Source: Gemmatimonas sp. (GTDB lineage Bacteria; Pseudomonadota; Alphaproteobacteria; SMXQ01). From it: 64,000 nucleotides of DNA. Made by a program: the position numbers and the translations under genes. Location of the stretch: assembly GCA_050260515.1 (NCBI GenBank), contig JBLNCI010000043.1:173245-237244 (forward strand), given 5' to 3'. Each line of letters starts with the position of its first letter. The stretch's first letter is position 1. Shown piece by piece: positions 61,050 through 64,000 of this stretch. The notes beneath the pieces are model-generated. The model was not told the DNA's origin. It saw only the letters and a program-made list of their open reading frames with translations, and did not search any database.

Positions 61050-61808
61050 GTGACAAGCGTTCGGATTCTGACCAGGGCCCGGCCTGCCCGGCCGGCCTGC
61101 CTTGCGCGCACCCGTACACGCGCGCGCACGTGCACGCGCGCGCACGCGCTCGCGCGGTGCCTGCGGCTGCCGCTGCTCGGCCTCGTCGCCGCGCTCATGG
61201 CGATGGCGGCCGCGCCGCGCGCCCACGCCGATCCGATCCGCATCGTGGCGCTCGGCGACAGCCTGGTGCTGGGCTCCCCCTCGGTGAAGGGCCGCGTGCC
61301 CTTGACCCAGGCGTTCCCGGCGGCGATCGAGCGGCTGCTGCGCGAGCGCGGCTGGGACGTCGAGGTCGTCAACCGCGGCGCGATCGGCGACACCGCGGAG
61401 ACCGCGCGTGCCCGCATCGAGAGCGCGGTGCCGTTCGGCACGACGCTCACCATCGTCTACGTCGGCCGCACCGACATGCCGGAGCGCGTGGCGGTCGCCG
61501 ACGTGCTCGAGGGCATGCGCGCGCTCGCCCACACCGTGCGCACCCGCGGCAGCGACGTGCTGATCGTCACCAACCACTCGGGCCCCGGCCTCGTGACGTG
61601 GACCGAGGGGCTGCGCAACGTCATCAGCTACTATCCGCCGCCGCAGCACGACTCCGGCGACCGCGCGCACCTCGACGGCGCCGGCAACGAGATGATCGCG
61701 CGCCGCGCCGTGGTCGACATCGAGGAGGTGCTGAAGCGGCGCGGGCTCGCGCCGCGCACGTTCGCGAGCGACGAAACGGCCGACGAACAGGTCGCGGCCG
61801 TCCCCTAG
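61050..61808 (+). CDS. SGNH/GDSL hydrolase
   Basis: IVALGDSL, NRGAIGDT, GRTD, DRAHLD..GN; GTG start after AGGGAG, true start uncertain. Confidence 0.8.
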   Translation: MTSVRILTRARPARPACLARTRTRARTCTRAHALARCLRLPLLGLVAALMAMAAAPRAHADPIRIVALGDSLVLGSPSVKGRVPLTQAFPAAIERLLRERGWDVEVVNRGAIGDTAETARARIESAVPFGTTLTIVYVGRTDMPERVAVADVLEGMRALAHTVRTRGSDVLIVTNHSGPGLVTWTEGLRNVISYYPPPQHDSGDRAHLDGAGNEMIARRAVVDIEEVLKRRGLAPRTFASDETADEQVAAVP

Positions 61809-62311
61809 CCGGCGCGATCGGCGGCGCGCTGCGCCCTGGCGCGCACGCCGCGCATCGTCCGGTCGGCCTTCTCGCGGATGTGGGTCTTGGCGTTGGACGC
61901 CGCCTCCTGCTTGGCGCGCTTCTCGCATTTGGCGCGCAGCTCCTCGATCTCCTCGTCGGTCAGGCGCTCGATGCCGACGAACATGTTCTGCACCGTCGAG
62001 ACGCGGATCAGCTCGTCGAGCTTGACCTGGATCGCGGCGTTGTCGCGGTTCTGCGAGTTCTGGATCAGGAACACCATCAGGAAGGTGATGATCGTCGTCG
62101 CCGTGTTGATGATGAGCTGCCAGGTGTCGGAGTAGCCGAACACCGGCCCGGTGACGATCCACACGACGATGGCCAGCACCGCGAGCGCGAACGTCGCGGG
62201 CTTGCCCGCCGCCCGCGCCACCGCGTTGGCGACGTTGCCGAACCAGTGCGCCACGGGGTGCGCCGGATGGCCCTCCGGATGGGCCGGATGCTGTCTCGAT
62301 TCGTCGGTCAT
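61805..62311 (-). CDS. Low-affinity iron permease (Fet4-like) family protein
   Basis: W..TGP.F.YSDTWQL.INT.TTI.TFLMVFLIQNSQNRD..AIQ.KLDELIR. Confidence 0.92.
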   Translation of the reverse strand: MTDESRQHPAHPEGHPAHPVAHWFGNVANAVARAAGKPATFALAVLAIVVWIVTGPVFGYSDTWQLIINTATTIITFLMVFLIQNSQNRDNAAIQVKLDELIRVSTVQNMFVGIERLTDEEIEELRAKCEKRAKQEAASNAKTHIREKADRTMRGVRARAQRAADRAG

Positions 62312-62417
62312 GGCGCCCGCTGGCTGGTTTCCGCGAGGGACTTGTGACGGAACGTCCCGGCGACGCTCGGGTTCCGGCGCAGGCGGGTTCCTGGGGGCGG
62401 GTTCCGCGACGCATCAG

Positions 62418-62650
62418 CCCCCTCACCCCCGCCCTCTCCCTTTTCTTCCAAGCCCTCTCCCCGTTGGGGAGAGGGTTGGGTGAGGGGATCGCGATGCATC
62501 AGCCCACACCCCCCTCACCCCCTCCCTCTCCCCCAATCGGGGGAGAGGGAGAAAAAAGGGCCTCTGCCGTCGTTGGGGAGAGGGAGACAAAAGAACCGCC
62601 TCTCGCTGCTGGGGAGAGAGAAAGAATGTTCCGGATCGGGAGAGGGAGAA
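62418..62650. repeat. Cluster of family C palindromic repeats
   Basis: Two CCCCTCACCC..CCCTCTCCC starts and several GGGGAGAGGG units; cgcga(c/t)gcatcagccc duplicated at ~62405 and ~62490. Confidence 0.72.
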
Positions 62651-62775
62651 AAAATATCCCCCGAGCCGCCACCCGAGCGCGTCTTGGCAGCGAAAGAACC
62701 GCGTTGGTCGCTTGAAGCGGCCGTGGGACGCGCTCATGCTTCCCGTCAAAGGCTTCACTCACACGAAAAGTCGGA

Positions 62776-62820
62776 GAGCGCGCTGACACAGCGCGCGCTC
62801 ACATAGAGCGCGCTGACACA
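62776..62820. repeat. 15-bp tandem repeat x3 directly upstream of the EF-G-like RBS
   Basis: gagcgcgctgacaca / gcgcgcgctcacata / gagcgcgctgacaca. Confidence 0.8.
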
Positions 62821-62832
62821 GGGAGACGGAGC

Positions 62833-64000
62833 ATGGGACAGGATTCCGGCCAAGAGGCCAAACGCGACGCGATAAAATCGCGCGGGCCCCGGTGCATCGC
62901 ACTGGTGGGCCCGTTCCAGAGCGGCAAGACCACGCTGCTCGAATCCATCCTGTTCCGCACCGGAGCGATCCCGCGACCCGGCACCGTCGAGGCCGGAACC
63001 GCGGTCGGCGATTCCTCACCCGAGGCGCGCGCCCACCACATGGGCCTCGGCCTCGCCGCGGCGACGACGACCTTCATGGGCGACAGCTACGCGTTCGTCG
63101 ACTGCCCGGGATCGGTCGAGTTCGCCCACGACATGCGCGCGGCGCTGCCGGCGGTCGACGCCGCGGTCGTGGTGTGCGAGGCCGACGCGCGCAAGCTGCC
63201 GCAGTTGCAGCTCGTGCTGCGCGAGCTCGAGGACCTCGGCATCCCGCGCTTCCTGTTCCTCAACAAGATCGACAAGGCGACGACGCGCATCCGCGAGACG
63301 CTGGCGACGCTGCAGCCGGCGTCGCGCACGCCGCTGGTGCTGCGCCAGATCCCCATCTGGAAGGGCGACAGCGTCGCGGGCTTCGTCGATCTCGCGCTCG
63401 AGCGCGCGTTCCTCTACCGCGACCAGATGGCCTCCGAGGCGCGCGACCTCGACCCCGCTGACAGGCACCGCGAGAAGGACGCCCGCGGCACGATGCTGGA
63501 GCAGCTCGCCGACCACGACGACCGGCTGCTCGAGCTGCTGCTCGACGACAAGGCGCCGCCGCGCGAGGCGGTGTTCGACGACCTCACCGGCGAATTGCGC
63601 GACGGCCAGATCTGCCCGGTGCTGCTCGGCAGTGCCGCGCGCGGCAACGGCGTGCTGCGGCTGCTCAAGGCGCTGCGCCACGAAGCGCCGGGTATCACGG
63701 ACACCGCGCGCCGCCTCGGCGTCGCCGACGACAACGCGGCGCTCGCCTACGTGATGAAGTCGACGCATTTGCAGCACGGCGGCAAGCTGTCGCTCGCCCG
63801 CGTGCTGCGCGGCCGGCTCGCCGACGGCGACGCGGTGATGTCGTCGGGCGGCAAGGCGTCGCGGATCTCCGGCATCTCGGTGCCGGGCCCTTCGGCGAAC
63901 GGGGACGCCAAGCGCCCGTCGGCGTCGGCGGGCGACACGGTGATGCTCGGCAAGCTCGACACGGTGAGGACCGGCGAGACGCTCGCCACCGGCAAGACCG
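62833..64000 (+). CDS. Elongation factor G-like GTPase (EF-G II paralog), 5' part
   Basis: Manual translation: RCIALVGPFQSGKTTLLESIL..., VDCPGSVEF, FLNKID, LRQIPIW, PVLLGSA, ARVLRG, GKLD.VRTGETL; runs off the window end. Confidence 0.88.
   Translation, partial: MGQDSGQEAKRDAIKSRGPRCIALVGPFQSGKTTLLESILFRTGAIPRPGTVEAGTAVGDSSPEARAHHMGLGLAAATTTFMGDSYAFVDCPGSVEFAHDMRAALPAVDAAVVVCEADARKLPQLQLVLRELEDLGIPRFLFLNKIDKATTRIRETLATLQPASRTPLVLRQIPIWKGDSVAGFVDLALERAFLYRDQMASEARDLDPADRHREKDARGTMLEQLADHDDRLLELLLDDKAPPREAVFDDLTGELRDGQICPVLLGSAARGNGVLRLLKALRHEAPGITDTARRLGVADDNAALAYVMKSTHLQHGGKLSLARVLRGRLADGDAVMSSGGKASRISGISVPGPSANGDAKRPSASAGDTVMLGKLDTVRTGETLATGKT

Overview
High-GC (roughly 70% by eye) chromosomal window that looks alphaproteobacterial, probably Rhodospirillales-like. 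This is inferred from a DUF1491 gene, PleC/DivJ-type kinases, a perfect CtrA box and typical alphaproteobacterial palindromic repeats. From left to right it contains: housekeeping genes (dusA 5' part, CPA1 antiporter, RlmI-type methyltransferase, photolyase, CHAD protein, typA); an uncharacterised catabolic cluster of three VOC genes (one fused to a Rieske domain), a metal-ligand-deficient M24 enzyme and solute-binding proteins; scattered catabolic genes; a ~21 kb molybdenum-hydroxylase region with five large-subunit genes (three in tandem behind one 2Fe-2S gene) plus modE/modA/xdhC/mocA; two paralogous sensor kinases flanking a SET-domain gene; an SGNH hydrolase cluster with an internally deleted pseudogene; and the start of an EF-G paralog. 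Non-obvious signals include a degenerate tRNA-Ala-like element, a 42-bp gene-end duplication flanking an inserted hydrolase gene, two solitary defence-like genes (UDG-fold glycosylase-like and McrA-type HNH), a ModE box, CtrA boxes and three families of intergenic palindromic repeats. No CRISPR array, integrase, transposase or rRNA was seen. All assignments come from motif recognition only; no searches were run.
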